32,000 bases of DNA from an uncultured archaeon. GTDB taxonomy: Archaea > Asgardarchaeota > Thorarchaeia > Thorarchaeales > Thorarchaeaceae. The translations under genes and the position numbers were made by a program. Location: assembly GCA_964473825.1 (NCBI GenBank), contig CAYYQL010000017.1, forward strand, positions 17,582-49,581. The letters run 5' to 3'. The notes under the pieces are model-generated. The model ran no database searches. It had not been told where the DNA came from and saw only the letters and a program-made list of their open reading frames with translations. Position 1 is the first letter of the stretch. The number at the start of each line of letters is the position of its first letter. Shown one piece after another: positions 6,588 through 14,977 of this stretch.

Positions 6588-7184
6588 TCATTTCTTCTTT
6601 TTCTTCTCGTCCTCAGCTTCGCCACGAGCGGCTTTGACATCATCTTCCACCCAAGAGGCGTCAGGACCAATCTTTCCAAGGAAAGGTTGCCTCATGGTAA
6701 GGCCTAGTTTGCCAGATCTGTTTCCTGACTCGAAACTGATCGAAGTGATTCTGGCACGAACCAAATCATCCTGCCTCAGGGTGCGTCCTGTTTCTTTTCC
6801 GAGAAGTGCGTTCCCCTTTGGATCCTGTGTAATGAAATCATCACATATTTGACTCACATGACAGAGACCATCCAGTGGACCCATCCGAATAAAAGCCCCA
6901 AAGTCCATAATCTCTACAACGTTTCCCTCTACCAGCTCGCCTCGCGCCGGTTTGAATACCAATACTTGATATGTGACACTATGATATGTTGCACCATCGC
7001 CTGGCATGAGGCGTCCTTGACCAATCTCATCAATATCGGTGACCGCAATCATCAGGCCTATGTCTCTGTCCAAGACATTTTCGTGATTCTTTCTGAGATG
7101 TATCATTGCAGCCTCCTTGAGAGGCTGACCGAATTGTGATGGGGGTATTCTTACAATATCCCTTACTGTGACGATTGAGTAAAT
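6588..7184 (-). CDS. rpoE: DNA-directed RNA polymerase subunit E' (Rpo7), apparently initiated at ATT
   Basis: The track ORF (ATG 7106) starts at MIHLRKNHENVLDRDIGLMIAV...GAFIRMGPLDGLCHVSQI (S1 domain). The same frame is open upstream and encodes (I)YSIVTVRDIVRIPPSQFGQPLKEAA, which aligns with the canonical Rpo7 N-terminus MYK....D.V.VPPE.FG. There is no ATG/GTG/TTG in that stretch. ATT at 7184..7182 is preceded by GGAGGT with a 7-nt spacer. Confidence 0.8.
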   Translation of the reverse strand: MYSIVTVRDIVRIPPSQFGQPLKEAAMIHLRKNHENVLDRDIGLMIAVTDIDEIGQGRLMPGDGATYHSVTYQVLVFKPARGELVEGNVVEIMDFGAFIRMGPLDGLCHVSQICDDFITQDPKGNALLGKETGRTLRQDDLVRARITSISFESGNRSGKLGLTMRQPFLGKIGPDASWVEDDVKAARGEAEDEKKKKK

Positions 7185-7311
7185 TGATAGGACCTCCTGC
7201 TTCCTTTGAGCAGATTCTGTTTGCCTGACAGGATGCTTGCTAGAACAATAAGACCTCGGTTTTGTCCGATGGTCTCTACCCGACGGCTCAGCGGTGATTC
7301 CTTTCAGTGAA

Positions 7312-7320
7312 CATAAAAAG
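7312..7320 (-). promoter_or_regulatory. TATA-box-like CTTTTTATG upstream of rpoE'
   Basis: Reverse complement of cataaaaag. It lies 15 nt downstream of the PIN stop codon and about 130 nt upstream of the proposed rpoE' start. Confidence 0.4.
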
Positions 7321-7334
7321 ATTGTGACATCGTC

Positions 7335-7775
7335 TTAAATTATCGAGCCTTCCAGTATTAACCGTTTTCTTCCTCTCACCATGAGAACAGGAATACCACG
7401 TTTTCTAGCTTTCTTGCGAAGGTTCCGGTCGTTAGTGGCAATCACGGCCCTTTGCATCGTTGCATACTCTAGAATCTGGAGATCGACTGGTAGGGTTTGC
7501 ATTTTCTCGTCAACCTGAACCAGTTCGCATCTCTCAGTAAGCCTCTTTGCCACAGTGAATTGTCTGGTCTCAGTGTGGCTTCTTGGAGTCTCGAGACGAG
7601 CATCGATTTCTTCTGCGACAGAATCCAAGATGACAAAATGCGGCCGTCTTTCTAAGATCTTCTCTGCTTCAGCGAACACATCAATCGCGAACTGCACGGG
7701 TACAAGTAGAAAATTAGTGTCAAGAACAACTTGTATTGGCAATTCAAATGCACTACCGTTTTTAGACAACTGCAT
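7335..7775 (-). CDS. PIN-domain nuclease, Fcf1/Utp24-like
   Basis: VVLDTNFLLVP...ILDSVAEEI...VIATNDRNLRKKARKRGIPVLMVRG shows the acidic PIN residues and the Fcf1-like C-terminus. Its position between aIF2gamma and rpoE' is conserved in archaea. Confidence 0.8.
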   Translation of the reverse strand: MQLSKNGSAFELPIQVVLDTNFLLVPVQFAIDVFAEAEKILERRPHFVILDSVAEEIDARLETPRSHTETRQFTVAKRLTERCELVQVDEKMQTLPVDLQILEYATMQRAVIATNDRNLRKKARKRGIPVLMVRGRKRLILEGSII

Positions 7776-9003
7776 GCCCTATGAGACGCCATTTGTTTTC
7801 AACACGACGACCGATAGCGATACGCTGTCCTTCTTCAACGCATACCGGTCGCTTTAGAGAGAGCTCGATTTTATCTCCATGTAGTCGAGTGATGACTCCA
7901 ACAGTGGCAGCTGTACCTACAACCAGCATTAGAGGTTCATTGAGTCGCAGATTCTCCACTTCTTTCTGTGACTCCATACCTACAACTCGGCCCATCAGTT
8001 CTGGAAGTAACATAATCTTGTCAACGGAATCTGGTAACTCACCCTTCTTGCCGAGAACATTTCCGACTAGACGATCAGCACGAGTAGATGATGGATCAAG
8101 ACCAGTGCCCACACCAATCAACCCACCCGGATATGCCTCCTCCAAGGAATTTCCACTGCCAGAGAGCAGGCTTCTCACCTTAGCCTTTATGGGATAATAG
8201 TCTTTGTCTACTCGCGAGCCCGGAGCAATCTCTATCTCATCACCAACCTTCAATCGGCCTTGGACAATGGAGCCTCCTACGACACCTCCCCTCAAATCTG
8301 GGGGAGTGGTACCTGGCCGATTGATATCAAAGGAACGAGCAATGAACATCTTAGGGGGTGCATCTGAATCTCGTTCAGGGGTGGGTATGACCTCTTGAAT
8401 CGTCTGAATCAGAAGATCCACATTTGCTCCGAATATTGCAGATACCGGTATGATGGGGGCTTGTTCTGCCATAGTCCCCTTCACAAAATCCTTGATCTGT
8501 TGGTAGTGTTTCTTAGCCTCTTCTCGCGACACGAGTTCAATCTTATTTTGCACTATGATTATTTTCTCGACACCCACAATCTGGAGAGCCTGAAGATGCT
8601 CCGATGTCTGAGGCATAGGACAGGGCTCATTAGCAGCTATCACAAGAATAGCACCGTCCATCAGACTTGCACCGCTGAGGCATGTGGCCATTAGTGACTC
8701 GTGGCCGGGACTATCTACGAAGGAAATCTCTCTCAGAGATTCTAAGGGGCCACCGCAGTCAGGACACTTCCCATCCTTCAGAAGATGAGATGTTGTAAAG
8801 GCCTGTGGCTCTGGACACTTTGTGCACTTCATTAGAGTCGTAGCTGCATATCCGAGACGAATCGATATACCTCTTCTGACCTCATCTGAATGACGGTCAG
8901 TCCATTCACCAGTCAGGTATTCCACGAGAGTTGTCTTTCCATGGTCTACATGGCCCAGTGCACCAATACTCACTTCTGATTGTCCTTCGTACTTGGGGCT
9001 CAC
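7762..9003 (-). CDS. eif2g: Translation initiation factor aIF2 gamma subunit
   Basis: GTG start. GALGHVDHGKTTLVEYL (G1), DSPGHE (G3), VQNKIE (G4), and zinc knuckle CTKCPEP...CPDCGG. It overlaps the PIN start by 14 nt. Confidence 0.95.
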   Translation of the reverse strand: MSPKYEGQSEVSIGALGHVDHGKTTLVEYLTGEWTDRHSDEVRRGISIRLGYAATTLMKCTKCPEPQAFTTSHLLKDGKCPDCGGPLESLREISFVDSPGHESLMATCLSGASLMDGAILVIAANEPCPMPQTSEHLQALQIVGVEKIIIVQNKIELVSREEAKKHYQQIKDFVKGTMAEQAPIIPVSAIFGANVDLLIQTIQEVIPTPERDSDAPPKMFIARSFDINRPGTTPPDLRGGVVGGSIVQGRLKVGDEIEIAPGSRVDKDYYPIKAKVRSLLSGSGNSLEEAYPGGLIGVGTGLDPSSTRADRLVGNVLGKKGELPDSVDKIMLLPELMGRVVGMESQKEVENLRLNEPLMLVVGTAATVGVITRLHGDKIELSLKRPVCVEEGQRIAIGRRVENKWRLIGHAVV

Positions 9004-9116
9004 CTAGTCTTCACTTCCAACTGTCCCTTGTTTGTCGCGAGCGAGAGTGCAAGACACTACATAAGAAGTCTATGGTTGGCCTATAGAGAATCCATTCCCT
9101 TGTTCTCTAGAAGCAG

Positions 9117-9500
9117 CTATGCAGCCTTCATAACAAGTTCTTCAAGAGGAGTACCGCCTTCCTCTTCAATTCTAACATTAATCTGAGAAAGATTGGAGGT
9201 GATCTCACGGCCTCGAACGGTTCTCCGTCGTGCTATTCCCTTTCGTGTAGGCCTTAGACCTGGCCGTCCACGTATGAGTACTTTCCGCTTACCACTACCA
9301 TGAACATCCGGGCGAATTGGGAAACCAGACGTGTCACTGCCACCGGTAATCTTGAGCTTGTATCCTGGAAGGCCTATTAAATCGCCTTCAACAATTTCCC
9401 CAACCTGCTTGCCGATTAATGCATTTGTTTTGGCATCGTCTAACTCGTACTGGATTGCCGTACCTGTTTCGGGATCTGATAGGACAAGCTTGAATGGCAA
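9117..9500 (-). CDS. rps6e: 30S ribosomal protein eS6 (S6e)
   Basis: (M)PFKLVLSDPETGTAIQYELDD...GYKLKITGGSDTSGFPIRPDVHGSGKRKVLI. TTG 9500 matches orthologue N-termini. The track ORF starts 12 codons earlier at GTG 9536. Confidence 0.9.
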   Translation of the reverse strand: MPFKLVLSDPETGTAIQYELDDAKTNALIGKQVGEIVEGDLIGLPGYKLKITGGSDTSGFPIRPDVHGSGKRKVLIRGRPGLRPTRKGIARRRTVRGREITSNLSQINVRIEEEGGTPLEELVMKAA

Positions 9501-9700
9501 CTGTAGTTCAACTTCCTTGAAATTTATGGTCCTCACTGGTAGGACGCTGAGGCTAGCGACTTCGATTCACTTTATGAGGCTTGTGGTCGAGCTGAATTGG
9601 TCATGCCATAGAGAGTCTCAAGATTTGCAACCATGGCATAATCATTATAACAAGTCCAGAAATTGCCACCTTCAAGACCGTTGGTATTGGATGGATATTC

Positions 9701-10870
9701 ATGGACCCAATCTATTTACTTGGAATTCTGGCGGGAATCTATCTCGTCATCTACGCGATTGCACAGGCTATAGGACAAGAGAGACTCAGTGAGAGGGGTA
9801 TAGAAGCAGGAACACCTTTCTTCATCATGTTCAAGACTGAACGACTTAATTCGCTTCTGACCAAGGCGGGTAAGAGAATCCCGAGGTGTTTCTTCAGCCT
9901 GGGAGTGGTGGTAGCATTTGGAGGAATGATTGCCGGTTTTGTGATGTTTGCAGACAATCTGGTGAAATTCTTCATCCAACCTCAGACCGCAGGCGGGGTG
10001 GTGCCAATAATTCCGGGAATTACAATCACCGGACTGCCCTTGGTATACCTGATGATAGCATTGGCGTTCACTCTCATCGTGCACGAGTTCGCTCATGGTC
10101 TTGCATCATCTAGGGATAACATTCCAATCAAGAGCTCGGGTCTCATGGCCTTCTTTGTCCTGTTTGGAGCTTTTGTGGAACCTGACGAAGAAGTATTCGA
10201 GAAAGAAGCATCCTCGAAGGACAGGATGCGCTTGCTGGCCGCAGGTTCGTTTTCCAATCTGATATGGGCATTTATCGTACTCTTGATGATTGCAAACTTT
10301 CCTGCCATGATGTCTTTGGGATTTAATCCACCGAATGGGGCGTATGTGTACGATGTGGTACCAGGTTCGCCTGGAGCAGATGCACTCGACATAGGCGATG
10401 TGATTATTGGGCTGAATGATACTGATATTCAGAGATGGGCGGACATATCCCAGTTCATGATGGATGCACCTGCGGGATCTCAACTCACAATACACACGCT
10501 AGAAGGCACTGAAACAATCATACTCGCCGAAAGCGAGGGAAACAGCTCAATTGGATACATCGGGATATATGGGGCAGATTATTGGGAACCTAAGCCGGGA
10601 TGGGAATGGATACCAGGTGGGCCACTCTTTGCATTTCACATGCAGCAAGTGCTGACTTGGTCCTTCATAATCCAGTTCTCGGTTGCTCTTTTCAATCTCT
10701 TGCCCATACCCTTCCTGGACGGAGAGAGATTGCTATCAAATGGCCTGAGCTTATTGACTGATGATGAGAAGAAAATCAGACTGATAATGTGGCCTCTTCG
10801 GATTGCTTCGCTACTAATTGTCATCCTCAGCATTGTCCTTAGCTTCTGGTTCGGTAAAGGACTCTTCTAG
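9701..10870 (+). CDS. Site-2 protease family (M50) membrane metalloprotease with PDZ domain
   Basis: HExxH motif (LIVHEFAHGLAS), a PDZ-like segment (VVPGSPGADALDIGDVIIGLND), the second metal-ligand motif NLLPIPFLDGERL, and multiple TM segments. Confidence 0.88.
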   Translation: MDPIYLLGILAGIYLVIYAIAQAIGQERLSERGIEAGTPFFIMFKTERLNSLLTKAGKRIPRCFFSLGVVVAFGGMIAGFVMFADNLVKFFIQPQTAGGVVPIIPGITITGLPLVYLMIALAFTLIVHEFAHGLASSRDNIPIKSSGLMAFFVLFGAFVEPDEEVFEKEASSKDRMRLLAAGSFSNLIWAFIVLLMIANFPAMMSLGFNPPNGAYVYDVVPGSPGADALDIGDVIIGLNDTDIQRWADISQFMMDAPAGSQLTIHTLEGTETIILAESEGNSSIGYIGIYGADYWEPKPGWEWIPGGPLFAFHMQQVLTWSFIIQFSVALFNLLPIPFLDGERLLSNGLSLLTDDEKKIRLIMWPLRIASLLIVILSIVLSFWFGKGLF

Positions 10871-10930
10871 AGATGAGTACATGACTCGCCAAGAGAAGCA
10901 ATCTGACTCTGCCAGCAGGTTTTCTCAGGA

Positions 10931-10959
10931 GGTACGCGGTCGGACGGTACGCGGTCGGA
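10931..10959. repeat. Tandem duplication of GGTACGCGGTCGGA (two copies, 15-nt period)
   Basis: ggtacgcggtcgga c ggtacgcggtcgga, in the intergenic region between the S2P and ttuA-like genes. Confidence 0.9.
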
Positions 10960-11106
10960 TTAGCGATGTCACTCATTTCAGCCCATCAGAAAAAGTGGTT
11001 ATGATATAACGAGTAGAAATACCGGAACCGGGAGCTATGAAGAAGAGAAGAGCCATGAGTATCCTTAACAGCGCTTTGATCACAGTTTGGTTCGGAAGTA
11101 TTAGAC

Positions 11107-12039
11107 ATGAGCATAGAGTGCTCGAAATGTGGAGAACCAGCAGTCTATCTGAGACGATACACGAATGAGAGACTGTGTGTTTCCTGCCTCGTGAAAACAA
11201 CACAGGATAGAGTAAGACGAACTATCAACAGGCAGGCATTGCTCAAAGAAGATGACCGCATAATCGTTGCAGTTTCGGGGGGGAAAGACAGTGCGGTCCT
11301 CTTAGACATTCTTACACGAATAGAGAGTTGCTTTCCAAAGTCAGAAGTGATTCCTTTAATCATAGATGAAGGAATCAAAGGATATAGAGACCGAGCATAT
11401 GAAGCAGCGGCGAAGTTAGCAGCTTCGCTGGGACATGATTTGATAGTGCGTAGGTTCTCAGACTACTTTGGAATGTCACTTGATGAGATGATTAAGAACC
11501 GGCCACCCAATTCACTTGGTGCCTGTTCCTATTGCGGGGTCTTCAGGAGAAGAGCTCTGAATCAAGCTGCTAAGGAGTTGGAAGGCGATGTCTTAGCAAC
11601 TGGACATATTTTAGATGATGAGGCACAGACCATAATCATGAATATCCTCAGAGGTGATACGAAGAGGATGGCCAGAACGAATAGACCAAGAGAACGAACT
11701 ATGGAGGGTTTTGTACCTAGGGTCAAGCCTCTCATTCAGTTGTCAGAGAGGGATATAGTCGCTTACACCCATTTCTTGAGGTTGCCCTATCATGATGTCC
11801 CATGTCCTTATGCTTCCGAAGCATATCGGAACGACATACGGGACTTCCTGAATGAGATGGAACACAGACGTCCAGGCACTCTTCTTGCAGTCTTACACTC
11901 AGGCGAGGCGATATCTGACACCTTTCGTGAAGCTCAGAGTAACGGCAGAACTGGAACATGCCAGAGGTGTGGAGAACCAACTACGGGAAAACTCTGCAAG
12001 GTCTGCACCATGCTTCAAGAACTTGGAGGTGAGACTTGA
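11107..12039 (+). CDS. ttuA: PP-loop ATPase, TtuA/NcsA-type tRNA 2-thiouridine synthesis protein
   Basis: N- and C-terminal zinc fingers (CSKCGE...CVSC; CQRCGE...CKVC). PP-loop VAVSGGKDSAV. The [4Fe-4S] ligand cysteines occur in GACSYCG and VPCPYA, as in Pyrococcus TtuA. Confidence 0.8.
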   Translation: MSIECSKCGEPAVYLRRYTNERLCVSCLVKTTQDRVRRTINRQALLKEDDRIIVAVSGGKDSAVLLDILTRIESCFPKSEVIPLIIDEGIKGYRDRAYEAAAKLAASLGHDLIVRRFSDYFGMSLDEMIKNRPPNSLGACSYCGVFRRRALNQAAKELEGDVLATGHILDDEAQTIIMNILRGDTKRMARTNRPRERTMEGFVPRVKPLIQLSERDIVAYTHFLRLPYHDVPCPYASEAYRNDIRDFLNEMEHRRPGTLLAVLHSGEAISDTFREAQSNGRTGTCQRCGEPTTGKLCKVCTMLQELGGET

Positions 12040-12042
12040 CTG

Positions 12043-12741
12043 ATGGCAAAGAAGCCAGAGATACTGCATCTAACGCGAGAGGTTCTCTATGATGATCAGC
12101 ACTGGCAGGTTTTCCGAGAACTCCGCGGGGCTGCAGAGGAGAGTGTGTTAAAGCTAACAGAGGGGGGGATAAGATGCCTCGTCTACGGTTCACTGGCACG
12201 GGGCGACGTCAACGAGAAATCAGACATAGATATAGTCATACCCTATCGGGTTGCGAGTTATCGTATTGAACTATTAGTGGGGAAAGGAATACGCAGAGAG
12301 TTGGTTCAGGCCACGCCATCATCTGTATTGAAGGGGCACCTGTATCTTGATTCTCGTACAACCATTACATTTCCTATGTTTAAGATGATGTCAAGAGAAA
12401 GAGAATTCTATAGATGGGGAGGAACCGTCAACATTGAACAAATCGATACTCAGTCCCGAGTTCCGGGAGTTGACAAGAGACTCGTATTGATTCAGCCCAC
12501 GGATAAGGGTCATATCGAGAGCGGGGTCATTGGATATGAGGCTAGCGTTGCACGGAAGCTGAATGTGAGTATAGAGATTGCCAAAGAACGGGTTCGAGTT
12601 CTCACAAGAAGAGACTCGGTTGGAAGAACCGGGGTGTATCTGACACATCAGGTACCTGAGGATTCTACGTTTGAGGCAGAAAGCAAGTATCTCATTGATC
12701 GAAATCCCGCTCTTAGAAGGACTGTTGACAGAAGAAAATGA
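12043..12741 (+). CDS. Pol-beta-superfamily nucleotidyltransferase domain protein (function unknown)
   Basis: LVYGSLARGDVNEKSDIDIVIP is the hG[GS]-x(9-13)-DhD NTase signature. It is followed by a C-terminal extension of about 150 aa. It starts 3 nt after the ttuA-like stop. Confidence 0.7.
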   Translation: MAKKPEILHLTREVLYDDQHWQVFRELRGAAEESVLKLTEGGIRCLVYGSLARGDVNEKSDIDIVIPYRVASYRIELLVGKGIRRELVQATPSSVLKGHLYLDSRTTITFPMFKMMSREREFYRWGGTVNIEQIDTQSRVPGVDKRLVLIQPTDKGHIESGVIGYEASVARKLNVSIEIAKERVRVLTRRDSVGRTGVYLTHQVPEDSTFEAESKYLIDRNPALRRTVDRRK

Positions 12742-12754
12742 GTGTGTCCCAGAA

Positions 12755-13861
12755 GTGAAGCGTAAGGTAAGAAGACTGCAGGCAGGTTCGTTAGTCGTGG
12801 GAAACCTTCCCCTCGGCTGTCAATACTGCGGTGAGGGGAAAAAGATGGTGCTCTTCGTCACTGGGCTCTGCGAAAGTTCCTGTTTCTATTGTCCGTTGTC
12901 AAGAGAGAAGGCGGGGAAAGACTGGATTTTTGCTGACGAAATGCCAGTTGATGAATTTTCAGATGTACTGAACGAGGCAGAGGCAATAGGAGCAAAAGGA
13001 GCTGGACTGAGTGGGGGCGATCCGTTGTGCAGACCCGATAGAACGCTCCGATATATAGAGCGCCTTAAGGAACATTACGGAACGAGTTTTCATCTCCATT
13101 TGTATACTTCTATAGCAGATATTGACAGAGGAACACTTGTTCTCCTAAAAGAGAAGGGACTAGATGAGATACGATTTCATCCACAAAGCAATAACTGGAA
13201 TGGCGTCGAAGATGCGGTGGAGATTGGAATTGCCACAGGACTTGAACTGCCCACCATTCCCGGTCATGAGAAAGCATTAAGAGAGGCTGCAATTAGGGCA
13301 GAAGAGATTGGTGTTCATTTCCTTAACTTGAATGAATTGGAGGCTAGCGAGAGTAATTTCGGTCGGCTGGCATCATTGGGTATGCGACTAACAAGCATGG
13401 ATAACTCCTCAATTGCAGGCAGCGAAACTCTTGCAAATCGGATGCTTAACTGGGCGTCTGAGGAACTCACGAGTCTCACAGTACACTATTGCTCCGCCAG
13501 CTTCAAGGACTCGGTTCAGATGTGTAATAGGTTGAGGCGGCGGCTTGAGCGAACCAAAAGGGAATTAGAAGTGACTGTCGATGATGAGCCTCTTCTTATA
13601 TTGGGAGTGCTTCTTCCACAGAGGGGGCTAGTTGACAGAGGGAGACTAGAACGTGTTGCAAATATGCTCTCGACTCGCTATGAGATTCCGGATAATCTGC
13701 TGAATGTAGATGAGCAAAGGATGCGAATTGAGATCGCACCTTGGATATTGGAAGAGATAGCAGAGGACGTAAAGCATCAGATTCCATCTGATTGGAAACT
13801 GGGGATTGCGACCGAATATCCTTCTTGGGACCGATTCCAAGTTGAGTTCGACCCATTTTGA
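12755..13861 (+). CDS. Radical SAM protein, PflA-activase-like, function unknown
   Basis: CX3CX2C motif in VTGLCESSCFYCPLS, preceded by GCQYC. Start uncertain: GTG 12755 (13 nt after the upstream stop) is preferred. Track ATG 12671 would overlap the NTase gene by 71 nt. Confidence 0.75.
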   Translation: MKRKVRRLQAGSLVVGNLPLGCQYCGEGKKMVLFVTGLCESSCFYCPLSREKAGKDWIFADEMPVDEFSDVLNEAEAIGAKGAGLSGGDPLCRPDRTLRYIERLKEHYGTSFHLHLYTSIADIDRGTLVLLKEKGLDEIRFHPQSNNWNGVEDAVEIGIATGLELPTIPGHEKALREAAIRAEEIGVHFLNLNELEASESNFGRLASLGMRLTSMDNSSIAGSETLANRMLNWASEELTSLTVHYCSASFKDSVQMCNRLRRRLERTKRELEVTVDDEPLLILGVLLPQRGLVDRGRLERVANMLSTRYEIPDNLLNVDEQRMRIEIAPWILEEIAEDVKHQIPSDWKLGIATEYPSWDRFQVEFDPF

Positions 13862-14965
13862 TTACTGACCGATTCTGAAGCGGAGTATGGCAGCAAGACC
13901 GCCCAGACTCTGCAGCTGATCGCCAGCTGGATGCTCAGTAGAGATAATGTTGACACCGCCCTTCGTCTTCTCTGTCCCACGGATGAGCTTGTCAATCTTG
14001 CGTCTGTGTTGTTCGTCACTTCCGCGAAGTCGTCTGTCTGTGACAAGGAGTTCGTCTACAGCTCCATACTGTACTGCGCGGGCAACCTCTTCATCGCCAT
14101 ACGTAGCAAGGCCATCACCCTTGGCAATATGTTCTAAGATCTTCTCCACGAGTTGTGTTTCCTTCTCAAGTTTGATCTCCTCCGCCACCTTGGACACAAC
14201 ACCACGATAGAGGATTTCCTTCGCAGCAGGCATACCCACTGTGTTTGCGCTTTCTACGACCACTTGCGGCATCTCACTTATCGATGCAGATTCAAGGTAA
14301 TCCCGGAAATGATCCTTCACAAAACCAGGACCAGCAATTATCAATACCCCAATGTTGTTCTGCTCCAATTGAGAACGAACAGCAAGAGCAACATCGCCAA
14401 AGAACTCACGCATAGTCGCATCGTATGATTTCTGGTCGCCCCTCTTTCTAGATATGCTAGACTTGATACTGACCGCCTCTCGTATGCCGTAGTCGGCCAG
14501 AAGAAATATCTCCGCGTTTTCATCTTCTATGGTGACCAGTAGAGCGATAGGACTTGTTCGCGACTCTTGAGCCTCTTTTATCCTCTTTAGGTGAAAATCG
14601 GGCCAGTGTTCCTTTATGATGGTCAGCCTATCCCCGGTTTCTATATTGAATGTATGATAAGAGCCTGTACTGACCAGATCACTGGGCCCCTCTACAATAG
14701 TGCCTTTGAGCCTAACACGGTTTGTGAAGGAGTGAAAGGCTACATCTTCAACATCAATCACGAGCGTCATCGGTTTCCGTACACTTTCCTGCTTGCGACT
14801 GTTGTCATCTCCCATCCTGATGCGTCGAGTGGTTCTCGAAATAACCCGGTCGCCTGAGTCAACTATGTTATACAGATGCCAGAGATCATCTAACGTTTCA
14901 ATCTGCAGAGTGATCTTGCCTTCCTTCATCACTCGTTTCAGGACCTTCAACGGAACACCTGTCAT
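13862..14965 (-). CDS. mRNA surveillance / ribosome rescue factor Pelota (aDom34)
   Basis: KEGKITLQIETLDDLWHLYNIVDSGDRV is the Pelota N-domain signature, followed by eRF1-like central and C-terminal domains. Its stop codon abuts the convergent radical-SAM stop with no spacer. Confidence 0.9.
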   Translation of the reverse strand: MTGVPLKVLKRVMKEGKITLQIETLDDLWHLYNIVDSGDRVISRTTRRIRMGDDNSRKQESVRKPMTLVIDVEDVAFHSFTNRVRLKGTIVEGPSDLVSTGSYHTFNIETGDRLTIIKEHWPDFHLKRIKEAQESRTSPIALLVTIEDENAEIFLLADYGIREAVSIKSSISRKRGDQKSYDATMREFFGDVALAVRSQLEQNNIGVLIIAGPGFVKDHFRDYLESASISEMPQVVVESANTVGMPAAKEILYRGVVSKVAEEIKLEKETQLVEKILEHIAKGDGLATYGDEEVARAVQYGAVDELLVTDRRLRGSDEQHRRKIDKLIRGTEKTKGGVNIISTEHPAGDQLQSLGGLAAILRFRIGQ

Positions 14966-14977
14966 AACAAAATGGCG

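Noticed and set aside
7185-7334. Possibility that RpoE' is made as a PIN-RpoE' fusion by read-through of the PIN TAA (the two ORFs are in the same frame, with no stop between them)
   Set aside because: The intervening ~50 codons show no protein-like conservation. A TATA-like element and a strong SD sit in between. The orthologues are separate proteins, so the in-frame arrangement is most simply coincidental.
10931-10959. CRISPR-like or mobile-element repeat
   Set aside because: There are only two directly adjacent copies with a 1-nt spacer, and no spacers or cas genes. It is a simple tandem duplication.
12671-12754. ATG 12671 as the start of the radical SAM gene
   Set aside because: It would overlap the nucleotidyltransferase gene by 71 nt. 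The extra residues (MRQKASISLIEIPLLEGLL...) are just the alternative frame of the NTase C-terminus. GTG 12755 gives an N-terminus consistent with the family.
13859-13864. Zero-spacer convergent stops of the radical SAM gene and pelota as a possible assembly artefact
   Set aside because: Both proteins have complete, family-typical C-termini. Abutting convergent genes are common in compact archaeal genomes.
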